Source: Marsupella aquatica
Lineage: Eukaryota > Plantae > Marchantiophyta
Assembly (NCBI GenBank): GCA_973895155.1
Contig: OZ316891.1
Location: 5,923,708-5,987,707, forward strand
Length of the DNA stretch: 64,000 nucleotides
Direction of reading: 5' to 3'
Position numbers and translations under genes: made by a program. Below the pieces are notes generated by a model. The model saw only the letters and a list, made by a program, of their open reading frames with translations, had not been told where the DNA came from and made no database searches. Below, one piece after another: positions 20,969-32,642 of the stretch. Within the stretch, counting starts at the first letter, position 1. The number at the start of each line of letters is the position of its first letter.

Positions 20969-23900
20969 TCAGCTTTGGACGTCCAATGGGATGAAGTTGG
21001 ACTGAGATTCATTCTCAATTCGCTGAAGCACAAAGAGCTCCTTCTGGATGATGAAATTGGTGACTGTACCCCGCTCCTCCTCTATTGGCCTTCGTCCAGT
21101 ACGCCCAGCCCTGTGAATATAGGAAGTCACATTGGGAGGCATGTCGATGTTGTAAACATGGCTCACTTCAGGCAAGTCAAGGCCCCTTGCTGCGAGGTCA
21201 GTGGCAACCAGAAGACGCCTCCCTTCTCTGAAGTCCTGCGCATGTTCGAAACAGGGATTTTAAGCTCATCTGACATCAGCAGAGACCAGATTAGCCAGGT
21301 ATCTACAACAAAGACATGATCTTCCAGTTTGTCAACTTGTGAGTATCACAATGATCCTGTCTACAATGAATCACAGAGTATTACCGACAGGGTGGAGGTA
21401 CGTTGATTGATATGATCATCTTCCTCAAGGATCAATGGTTCCCAACGATCACGATCATTCTTTCCGAGTATTCCCTGTCTGATCATCTCCGACAAAAATT
21501 CAGCAGTTGTGGATGTATTCGGTACATCACCAGACCTCTTAGCTTTCTCATTCTGTAGTTGGATGACAAAGGCAGTACATGATCAAAACTCTGGTTGCAT
21601 TACTCTGGTCAAAAACAACAGAGAGGGTATACCGAAGTAACACAACAGAGCGGAATTCATAAATTGAGCCTCTGGATCACGACACCAAGCTAATCGCTTA
21701 CTGAGGAGGCTGGACAATTAAGCAGACTACACCGAGAAAGATACGAATAGAAAAGGAAGATACCTCATTCACAAATATAATAGCAGCCCGAGGATTGTCA
21801 CTATTTAAAACTGACACGAGTGCTTGTAGCTTATCTTGCTTATTACACACCTGCAACGCTTCAAAGAGACAATGAGAATTTCAAGAAAACTGTCCTAGTT
21901 CAAATTAGATGCAAGGGCAGATATTGGATTCAAATTAGATGCAAAAGCAAGTTTGGCTTCACTACCAAGAGACAAAATGGAGAACTTACCACGTAACGGT
22001 GCTGAAGATATTCGGGCATCATAACCTTTGGACTCACATGAATATGAACGAGATTTATCTGCTAACCAGCAGTCATTCCCACGATTACTGGCTGTGTTCC
22101 ATTAATGCATGAAGTTTAATTTACCCGGCATCTCATTGTGAAACGGATTCCACGCCTATTTTCATTGCGGTAGGAAGGAAACTCATTTAGCAGGGAAGAA
22201 GCTAACCTTAGCCCATTTATTTTGAATACAGTCACGTATGAAACGGTTGTGCTGAGGAACTGTAGCGCTCGCAAAGATTGTCTGGCGCTGTTCGCGACTT
22301 GTATGAACTGCCAACAAGTTTTGTAATTGATTTCCTTCTTTTGCAGCACCCATCATCGTATCCACCTGCGCTGCAATTTAGCATTCTATTAGACCTTTTG
22401 AATCAGATTTTCCTTTGAAGTATAATATAAACTCCTGGTCATATTGGGAGTCATCGTTCATCTTGTTCAAATAAAAACAATTGAAACCTCCAACACTCGT
22501 ACTCTACGATACTGGTTATAAAAAACGCGGACACACGTCAAGCAAATACCTCATCAATGACAAGAGTTGTTACTGTGGATGTTTTCAAATGCTGTGAATC
22601 GATTAAGCGAGTAAGGCACCGAAGGGTCCCAACGATCAGCTGTGGTGGTGCTGCCTATCCCAAAGCAAAATCAGCACATTAGCCAAATGAAAGCTTTGTA
22701 CACTGGTTAAAAATACAATACAGAAACCAGGCCAAAGTGGGTGGGTTGCTTACAAACCTTAATCCACTTCTTCTGGCGACTTGCTGAACCTCCATCTAGC
22801 AGAGTCATTACTGAGAGAGGCCCTTTTTGTTCTTCCGCTTCTGTCTCGTCAGGTTGTGAAGATTTCCCCATGAGGGAGCGTGCAACTCTTGCAACCTGTC
22901 AAATTGAAATGTTCGGTAAGTCGCGATAAATTACAGAGACAGGGTTGCCCAATGTTCCAAACATCAGCACTCTCAATGCAAATAAGTTGTCGGGAACACA
23001 AATGCCAGTACCTGCATGCCGAGTTCTCTGGTAGGAACAACGATAATCGCTTGCACAGATGACCTTGGAAGGAGTTTTGACAATATTGGGAGCAGATACG
23101 CAAGAGTTTTGCCCGACCCTGTCTTCACAGGACGAACAGTCAAAAACTTAAAACACATCAAAACGAGGCAACCAAGGTAACCCGGACGTTAACCCGGACG
23201 TACACAATCCTTCGAGAGAAATTACCCCAAGATCTGGTTCCAAACCAACCAAAACCCTAAACCCTAAACCCATATGCTCTGCCTGTTCGGTAAGCTTCCA
23301 ATGTCTTGATACGTTTTCCTCGCTGAAAAGCATCATACCCCTAATCAATGAAGAGAGACTGCAGATCCAGTTCTAATTTTCCTTGCTCTATTTGTAATCG
23401 TAGAATTAGAGTCAATCCTGATGAAGGCTGGGGCCCAGACATAGCACTGGGGCGAAAATTGGAATTCATCACTTTTTCAAATTCGCTGCCAAAGAGCATT
23501 TTTCCTAACCCCTACTGATCGGATACCGAAGCACCCAAATCCTGTGATTTTCCATAACCTAATTCCCTTTACCTTCCTCCAACTTCTCTTATTTGTTGGC
23601 AGTTTGCCATCTTGTACTGCTGATCCGCAGACAAAGAATTCAGACATTTGAAAATCTACTCACTCGTACATTTAAAGGACCGCAGAAGAAGCCTATCAAC
23701 AATTCTCTACCTGAGCATGAAGAAGACAATCAGTGCCAGACAATAGAACTGGTAATGCTTCTTCCTGGGCCTGCGTGGGGTACTTGAATCCAATCGCTTC
23801 TGCCCTGCGTTACAGAAGACGGACGGCCATGATAAGAAGCTCGACTCTCGCACTCAATTTGGCCACAAAACACCTCCCAGCAAAGAATTTAGGGTGAACC

Positions 23901-24367
23901 TCAACATTTTTCAAGAGAAGTGAAATTTCCTTAAAACGCAGTAGAGCCCATTGATGCGTCGGAACATACTTCTCCAAAAAATTCCTCGGCACCAATCCAT
24001 CACAGAGCTCCTTCAGTGTACGCCTGCCAGAATCGGCAACGCCAGCACCTGCTTTGTCTTCCAGCAATTGATCCACATTTCCAATGCCTGCCTCGACACA
24101 AAATTGTCGTCGTCCAGAATTCAAGCGTGCTGGCAACAGAGGCCGCTGCTTGATTACACACTTCCGCTGTTTCTGAAGCTCTGAATCCGACGCTGCTGCT
24201 TTTCCTTCCCACAAACTCTTCCCCAAAGCAATCGGCCCTGGAGATGGCATGCTGCTCCGGGTCCGGGCATTGCAGCCAGCTGCTGCAGTCCTTGGAGAGA
24301 GATGCAATGTCAAGGACAGGCGGAGCACGGAAATCACCATTGCTGGAACGCGCATGGCCAGCGGCAT
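20969..24367 (-). CDS. RH58: DEAD-box ATP-dependent RNA helicase 58-like, chloroplastic (10 exons, about 531 aa)
   Basis: Exons 24367-23970, 23804-23711, 23122-23012, 22895-22758, 22654-22550, 22365-22207, 22058-21990, 21850-21764, 21552-21385 and 21235-20969 join in frame (1596 nt) with GT-AG ends. Q motif [58 protein letters not shown] resembles RH58. Transit-peptide-like N-terminus; start codon choice is uncertain. Confidence 0.9.
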
Positions 24368-26083
24368 TCCTGACAGTGCAACTTAGAGCACTCTTGCAAG
24401 CTTGCCCGTCATTCTCTCGTAGAAACCTCGAGGGGGGTTTTACATAAACCCACATTACTTAAGCACAGGACACATATTTCCCACCTACCCGTTCCATGAT
24501 TTTCACCATTGATTAGAAATATCCAACGGATCTGATTAGAGTAGCTACTCAGTATTCTCGGAATTTATACATTTTTGCAAGTTTGTAATTGGACACGTGA
24601 TTTTAGTAGTGGCTGAGTGAAGAGGCCCTCCTTTTGGAACTTATTCACCCAAGTGTGATGGCATTAACATTTTGCGAGCCTTCAACCAACCCACCAATCA
24701 AAAAAAGAATCAATTATAATCTTTGCACCTGAGTTTTTTTTTTATATAGTTAGCCCTCTCTGCTCTAGGGAACATGGTGCATGTTAGCCTCCATTGATCA
24801 GGTATCTGATGGATCTGAATAGGAGGGAAACTTGGATTTTTCTCAGAATTTCTACATTTCTGGATGTTGTAATCGGACCCGTATTAACACCTTGCATGAT
24901 CGTGCAAGGTTTTTTGGATAAGAAATATCCAAAAAAGAGGTGGAATTGGACTTTTCTCAGAATCTTTACATTTATGGACGGTTGTCACTGGACCTATAAT
25001 AACAATATCCAGTGAAATTTGAAATAGGAGGAGGACTCTGTATTTTCTTGGGGAATTTCTACATTTCTGGACGTTTGTTACTTGACCAGTACCATGTACA
25101 ACCAGGATGGAGAATTGAAAAAGAGAACCAAGGGTTGAAAACTATGGGAAACTATCCCTTGAAATTTGCCAATACAACACGAATGTCTAAGTTTACAACT
25201 TACTAAAATGGCCCTCCATACTTCAATTGAAAATCTACGGGATTTCCTAGAGCTCAGACATGAGAATTCCATTTTAACCCAAATCAGGGACATGAATTGA
25301 AATTCTAACAGAAATGCTCTACCTAAGAAAACTGGAGTTGTGGCTGAAAAACAATGTCACACTGTAAGCTGAGAAGAGCATTTTATCATTAGGTAATTAT
25401 TGTTTTTGGATCAATAAACCTATATCTAAACCTCATTCACCATTCACAGCCTTTTCTAATATATTTCTCCAACAAAAATTGAGACTTATGCTATTCTTAA
25501 ACTGTCATAACGACAACCAAATTTATTGCACTTTGTTAACTGCACCCACTGACAAGTGCATAGGGAAACACTTGCACCAGCTCCACTTCGTGAATATTCT
25601 TAGGTTCCTTGTGTACGTTGTCAAGACATGGCATCTATTTGATAACAACACAAAAATACATACTGCATTTAATTGCATACAAGAATTTGTGTAACCTATG
25701 GTACTTAACTACAGTTAGACTTTGCAAAAATTTCACAGAGTTTTTTTTCCTCGAATTTGGTTGGGAAAAACTTTTTGTACGTCTTTGAATTCTGCAAAAA
25801 TTTCCGTGCGTTGTGCGTCGTTTTTTGTTTGACGTATAATTTCCCACTTACTACGCACAACTGGTCCAGTGTTAGGCTAGTATACGGATAGGTCTAATGT
25901 CAGAAAAGCTTTTTAAGAGAGAAAATTTCACTCAGCTTTTAATCACTTTGTCACTAACTATGTTCTAATTCACAATATTGTCATTATTTTTTGATATATG
26001 GATGACAAGTTTACCAAGGTAAGGATAAGAACTATATACAGAAACTGTGACATTTTTGTAAATATGAAATAACAGTGTCAGCA

Positions 26084-26850
26084 TTACAAATTCAAACATC
26101 TTTAGTGATAATGTAATTAAAAACTGAAAGTTCACTTGTCAAGGGCAAGTCCTTACAAATTCAAACATCTTTAGTGATAAGGTAATTAAAAACTGAAAGT
26201 TCACTTGTCAAGGGCAAGTCCATAGAAAACCTGGACAAGCTGGTTCTACGTGACTAGGATTTAAGAAACCTTACAAGAAAGTGAGAGTTACCACCACCTT
26301 CACCTAACCTATTCCTCCTATGTGGCATCCATTTCCCCAAGAGCCTCAAAGGTACCGGTGTGACCAGGGCCTTATCTATAGTATAATTGATTGACATCTA
26401 TCTTCCACGACCTACTCTCAGGAGTGGTTCTATGTGACTAGGATTTAAGAAACCTTACAAGAAAGTGAGAGTTACCACCACCTTCACCTAACCTAATCCT
26501 CCTACGTGGCATCCATTTCCCCAAGGGCCTCAAAAGGTACTGGTGTGACCAGGGCCTTATCTATAGTATAATTCTTGATTGAAATCTATCTTTCATGACC
26601 TACTCTCAGGAGTGGAACCGTAAGCTGTAATTTCTCTGGTTCTCTGGAGAGTGAAACCATAGGTTGTAAACACTCTACTCTCAGGAGTGGAACCGTAAGC
26701 TGTAATTTCTCTGGTTCTCTGGAGAGTGAAACCATAGGTTGTAAACAATCTTGTAATGTTTTTAAAAATATATTCAGCCTGCGCTCCTGAGTACAGGTGT
26801 GGAGAGTCTAAGTACATGACCTACTCCATAGAGTGAAACCATAGGGAGCA
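26084..26850. repeat. Chain of local tandem duplications (69-bp x2, about 184-bp x2, 75-bp x2)
   Basis: 26084-26152/26153-26221; 26241-26424/26425-about 26613; about 26600-26746. A further partial GAGTGAAACCATAGG copy near 26831. Confidence 0.85.
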
Positions 26851-27828
26851 ATGCTCTAATGTAGGTACAGTGAAGACACAAGGCACGACGAGTGGCTTCA
26901 ATACGAATGGTCCCAAACAATTCTACTATAGCCTTTATAGACCCACGAAACCGCATCCTCAGAGAGCTGGCGGGCTAAGATCCGACTATAGGCAGCTAAC
27001 AGTTCAGGATATAATCAAACAAATAACTGGGAAGGACGAGGTACTCATATCGAGGACCTTCTTTGATTTGAAGGAGGGTCAAGGTAATTACACAAAGTAC
27101 ATTGACAAATGAATTGAATTCGTTCGAGTCAAAGGATCCCAAATAACGGGTCAGGGACGCAAAGTACAAAATGCATACAAACAATATGGTCAATGAGAGG
27201 AATGAATAAAATGGCCTAGAAACTATTTACACAATTGTCTTCTCTGTCTATTATAATTGTTTGAATGAACTCAGCAATGAATGGGTGGTCCTCGTGAGCT
27301 CGGAAATTCTCCGAATAATTATGGTGCTTAGTTAGGAGGCTGGAAAGGGCCCCGAGTAATGGAGTGCTTGCAATAAGGGAAGGGGCGGGACAATGAAGCC
27401 TCTATAGCTTCTGGACTTGAGACTGACAGTTACTATAGATCCCCCCTCCCCCCAACCGCAAAGAACAGTATAATTTTACGAAGCGATCGGTGAATTGCTC
27501 AAGCACGAAGCAGTCAAAATTTGGCAGGGTGCAACTCGAGCGGTAATGGTTTTCGCTGGGCACAGCATGATGACAACTCGCAAGAAAAGAGAGAAAACTA
27601 AGAGCAGAGGCTGCCCCCTGGCATGGTGGTCCTTGAGCTGCATTCTGCGAGCTACTGATGCTTCAGTGGCGAGTGTTATGCTCTACCCTTCTCCAGATAG
27701 CTGTGGTACTTTAAGCTAAGCTTCTCTGTCTCACAAATTGCCTGGATCACTGCTGTCCGTGCTTTTCAATCTCATCGCTCACCCTGTAACTCGTAGGTAA
27801 GCCCAATGCGGGTTCGGCTCGTGGTGGC

Positions 27829-28227
27829 TCATTCTTTGGACTTTTCACTGGATTCAGCAACCTCACCACTTGGGTGAGGAAAATGAGCCTGTTCTTTTCC
27901 CTCATGTCCAGAGTCATCTTCGTTGTCGCTCTGATGATGACAATGACCCTTTCCTTTCCCTTCGTGCTTACTATCATCGTCTTCATCACTGCTATCTTCA
28001 AGTGCTTCCTTCTTATGAAAAACGCAGCAGATCTTTGAACTCTTCTTCTGCATATGCTCATTATCTACTGTCTCCAAATCCCAGGACACTGTCTTTCTTG
28101 GTCGCAAGACCAAAGTCACCGTCTCCTGCTGTGGAGGTGGGGCAGGTGTGGTGTTGGGAGCCTCCTGCAGAGTCTGGGTTGCAATAATTGAGGTCCGCTG
28201 TGGATGAACACCCCCTTGTTGAGCCAT
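27829..28227 (-). CDS. INH3: Protein phosphatase 1 inhibitor-3 / Ypi1 / PPP1R11 homolog
   Basis: 132 aa with RVxF-type RKTVSW, TVDNEHMQKKSSKICCVFHK and an acidic SSDEDDD tract, all hallmarks of the PPI_Ypi1 family. Confidence 0.92.
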   Translation of the reverse strand: MAQQGGVHPQRTSIIATQTLQEAPNTTPAPPPQQETVTLVLRPRKTVSWDLETVDNEHMQKKSSKICCVFHKKEALEDSSDEDDDSKHEGKGKGHCHHQSDNEDDSGHEGKEQAHFPHPSGEVAESSEKSKE

Positions 28228-28332
28228 TCTACTGTAGTGACAACAATCAAACTTCGGATCGTAACTGTATATTTACAGAAGACAAGTATCCTCCGACCTT
28301 CTCCCGTTGGGGTCCTTGTCAGACTGAAAAAT

Positions 28333-28779
28333 CTAAAAGTCCGAATCGTCCACAGAATCCTGGGACTTTGGATGACCTGGATATTCCAAATGGATGCCTA
28401 GCATAGAGAGGATAGCCTGAAACTTGACTCGGATGTCTTCTAATATATCCTGCACTCGCACGTCCTCCGGATCACACAGAGGGTATCCTAGCAACTTCTC
28501 TTTGAACTGCTTTATGCTTCGTTGAGCCCTAGGCGAGAAAGCACCTGAGTCAATGGCCACAGAAGCCTTCCAAATATCCACACAGCCAGTGTAGAACCCA
28601 ATCTCCTCGCCCACCTGAAATCCGTTCTTCAACCCTACTTCTCTCCCGTCCACCTTGCCAGCCTCGACACCATCCTTGAACCCCTCGTCGAATCCCAATT
28701 GGTAATGCGATTCTTCCAAATTCACCGAAGACTCAAAAATGTCTCCCTCCGGTGGTGCCCGTCTCACAAGCCCCGGCAT
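28333..28779 (-). CDS. LTO1: LTO1/ORAOV1 homolog (CIA adaptor for ABCE1/Rli1)
   Basis: 148 aa. DIFESSVNLEESHYQLG followed by deca-GX3 (GFDEGFKDGVEAGKVDGREVGLKNGFQVGEEIGFYTG). IRVKFQAI. Acidic C-terminus ending DF. Confidence 0.9.
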   Translation of the reverse strand: MPGLVRRAPPEGDIFESSVNLEESHYQLGFDEGFKDGVEAGKVDGREVGLKNGFQVGEEIGFYTGCVDIWKASVAIDSGAFSPRAQRSIKQFKEKLLGYPLCDPEDVRVQDILEDIRVKFQAILSMLGIHLEYPGHPKSQDSVDDSDF

Positions 28780-29840
28780 TTCTCGCTTTCAGTCCCTCGA
28801 ACCCAATTGTTGCAAACCGAATCTCTCTATGTTGAATTAAATCACCTGCCGATTGGAACAGAGATGTTTGCGGCAGTGCTGAGAACCCAGATTGCCCCTC
28901 CTTTCGCTGCAGTTCCTGAAGTTTAGGAAAAACAGTACCCCTACAGCTGGAAAAGGATCTGCGCATTGATGTAGGGAACTATTCCCAGAGACCTGAACCC
29001 CAGCTGTCCAAGACCTCCACCTGAGAACGTCCAAAGTTCCTAAATGCTGTTTGAATCCAAACTGCTGAAAAGGCTTCCCTGTTAACTCCGGGTAACAAAA
29101 TGAATATCCCAACCTGAGACAGAACCAAGAATCCAAGCACTTGTCTCCTTTGAAGAATTCACCAGAATCAAAGGAGCTGTCTTCAATTGTGGCTGTCAAT
29201 GAAACACCGTGAAATCGACCGTAAGTACACAGTATATCACTATGCGGTGACATGTGAGGAGATAAGTATTCAAGTAATGGATTACTACCACTTGGAAAAA
29301 CGAAAGTAGTTGCAATCCTCTATCTCGATTGACTCACTTATAACAAATCAACAATTTTCGAACCGGAAAATCAACAAGCATACCTGCCACGCCTCTGGTG
29401 CAACAAGATTGCCGAGACCTAAAGCAGCTAGTACCGTCGCAACCAAGGATTCGAGTTGCCGTTCAAACCTCAGGTCACACTTCTCTCCCAAACCTAATTG
29501 ATCGAATTCCGATTCACTTCATTCCTCCGCCCTGCTGCAGAAAAGCACAACATCTAGAAGACAAAGATCGGAGTCCCTCTACTCCAAATTGCCGCACTGC
29601 TTCATCAAAGGAGCATCTACAATTAACGGGCGAATAAACCACCACCGGAATGACGACACTGAAAGAGCACTAATTCACCCTCACCCCATCACAATTCTTT
29701 GCGATGCCATGCTCGACCTCGGCGAAACCGCCCTAGCCAGCCGGAGAACAATCACGCGCACGAAGCCCTCGCTCTCTCCGCAAATTGCCGAGAAGAACGA
29801 TGGATCGTCAGGACGAGGAAGGGGCACCGCAACCACACCA

Positions 29841-30052
29841 CTCCACTTTCTAGGTTTTCGCGCAGAGGAGGGAGCAGAGAAGTCCGAACGGAAGCTCCAT
29901 CACCATACACGGAAGCTCCATCGCCATACCCAGAATTCCTAGAAAAGCACTGCACACTATTCCACTTTCGAGGTTTTCCCGCAGAGGAAGGAGTAGAGAG
30001 GACCGAACGGAAGCTCCATCGGTATACCCAGAATTCCTAGAAATGCACTGCA
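29841..30052. repeat. Diverged direct repeat (about 95-115 bp x2) in the 5' region of the LTO1/INH3 locus
   Basis: TCCACTTTC.AGGTTTTC.CGCAGAGGA...CCGAACGGAAGCTCCATC...TACCCAGAATTCCTAGAAA.GCACTGCA at 29841-29954 and 29960-30052. Confidence 0.85.
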
Positions 30053-32541
30053 ACCTGCTGCTCGGCGAGAAAAGGAGGTGAGATGAGAATTCAAGACGAG
30101 ACACAAATAATGCGTACCTACCTAATTTTCCTACCGTAGTGCTAATAATGTATTAGTATGTAGTTTTTCTAGATTAATCGCTGACCTTTAGATCTCCTAA
30201 CATTTATGGATAACCATCAGATTTTGGTTAGTGCATCTGCTAAGCGGGAAATAATTTCTTACTGACGAAAATATCCAAATACACCTCCATCTATATAACT
30301 TTTTGGCCACAGTATACTTTTCTCCTTAAATATAGGGGAATTGGTGTCCACGAGACACAATTTGATAGCAAATGTGTTGAGAATTAGTGACACCTACTCT
30401 AGTTGATTTATATAATTAATATATTTTTAATATCTACTCCCTAAGAGATTCGATCTCGTAAGATCTCAAGGAGTGATGGGAATAAATGAAGACAATTTAC
30501 TCCTATCATTTTCTCCTAACACAAGGTGTCACCGTGGTGCCATCCCATTCACACAATAAATAGTTAAGAATATATTTAAAACCTTGGTGTAAACATGTGC
30601 TTTTCAGCGAGTTGAAATAATATTATGGCCTTGAGTAATTTCTGAAATAAAACAACTCATATTTTGAGCAGTTCAGCAGTGACCTGGATGGCACTACACT
30701 GCCTATTGGTTGCATTGGAGACTTTAAAAACTCCTTGGTTTGAGTGGACTGCAGCTCAAGACGTAGCGCTTTGCAGCCCTCATGCAAGTCTAACTGCAGG
30801 GAGACTATCAAGTTTGCTCAAAAGAAAACTAAGAACTTAAACTCTGCATCATGGGACAAAATTCTAGGGTGGTTTTACAAGACTTAGGGGACCATTTCTA
30901 CTTGTTGCTCCCTTGGAGAATAAATCTAGAAAGAAAAAAAGAGAGAAAAAACTAAAAAACTTAGGGGACCATTTCTAGTTGTTGTTGGAGATTAAATCTG
31001 GATGAGTAGAAAGGGCTCCGGTGGGCTTTGCAAGAGGCAAGGTCCATTTTGGTATGGTGTGTACTAATTCTACATGACAAAGAGTGGGCCCAAGGAAATG
31101 CAAATGTGAAATTCTTATGTTGTATAAAATTCTGGACTCCTTTGAAAGGTGTTCTGACAATGACCAAATGGTACCTTCATTCAAGGGACAAAAGAGGACC
31201 AATTTATTTACAAGGGCCAAACAAATTGAAGTCTATTAAAAACAAAGAGGTACACAGAGGACAAACATGACACACAAACGAAGAGGGGCAAGTGCAAACT
31301 CCAAACAAGTAAGCAAATGATGGGTGGAAGGTTGACCATTGCAAGGGTGTGATTTGCTAGTGGTCCACATTTAGTGTACTAACTAAATTTGCAAGTGCGA
31401 CATGGATATCCTTGGGAGACATTTACTATTAGGTCTAGAGTATTATGTAACCACAAGTAATCCAACGACAGTCAAGTATTTGGTTAAAGTTAGATGGATC
31501 TACTACTATATTCACTAGCAAGATTCAGTTAGTGAATGAAAAGTAGACTCATTGTTATGGAGCTCTCGATGGCGCCAGTTGAGAGATAAAGAGATTTTAA
31601 TTTCAACATACAAGTTACCCACGGGCCATGAAAAATCTTGAGGGAGAATTTGAGCACCCAAAGTGAGGGTGCAACAGGGAATGATCAAGCTAGAGAGGGA
31701 GATTTTGATGTCCAAGCCAGGGTGTAACAGGGCATGAAAGAATCCTGAGGGAGACTTTGAGGACCCAAAGTGAGGGTGTAACAGTGCATGAAGAACCCTT
31801 GGGAGCAGTCATATTTTTCTTGTTTTTAAACATTAGCCAAGATGGCTACTATTTTACCCTACAGACAAGCACAGGTTTGGTTATGGAGTATTTTATTAAA
31901 TTATACATACTTTTCTGATTATTGTAGGATATTTTCTGGCTAACACTCCCCCATAGTGCATCAGGAGGTGGCTAATGAACGGGCTAATGAAACATTATTT
32001 TTTAAGTTTCAGCCTGAATATGATTAGCCTGCCTGTTTTTAAGGTAAGTTATTGGCTCATTTTCGCCCACAATGAAATGGCTGCTAGGGAGGCTGATTTT
32101 GAGGGCCCAAAGTGGGGGTGCAACAGGGTATGAGACTCCCAATCAAACAGTGTAAAAATGCTGGCACGAGAGCTTGAGCAGAATGGAGGGAAAATGAGAA
32201 ACGAATGTTGGGGCAAACTTCTGTACAGTACTGTGGAACAATCGAGGAGCGCCCTCGGGTTTCTCGCTGCCAGGTTTCGCGATCTGGAAAGGACCTGACA
32301 CTCAAAAAATACTTTCACATCATGCACTTTGTATATGGTAGGCTCCTCTGTTCAGTATGATTGTTTTGGTTTTGGACTAGAAATTAATCACTGCAGAGAT
32401 GGATTCCTAACTTATTTTTGCCAGTCTTTGATAAGGTAGGGTTGTGGCACAAAGTTCGCCGTGAAGTGTAGCTGCTGATTACTCTGCTGCTGCGATCCGT
32501 CTGATCGTGGAGCTCCTGACATCTTGATCTTTAAGGACCCG

Positions 32542-32569
32542 ATGACTACTGTCAAATTTTGCAAAGAAT

Positions 32570-32642
<73 letters not shown>

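Noticed and set aside
26752-27233. TGTAA...TTACA-bounded segment as a solo LTR
   Set aside because: No clean TSD and no second copy in the window.
27564-27662. C/D snoRNA-like ATGATGA...CTGA with AGCA/TGCT flanks on +
   Set aside because: The stem register does not fit a kink-turn, no rRNA guide is recognisable, and it is antisense to the probable INH3 3' UTR.
28837-29253. 138-aa ORF upstream of LTO1 as a third cistron
   Set aside because: No recognisable motif; it lies in the predicted 5' UTR intron (29383-28846).
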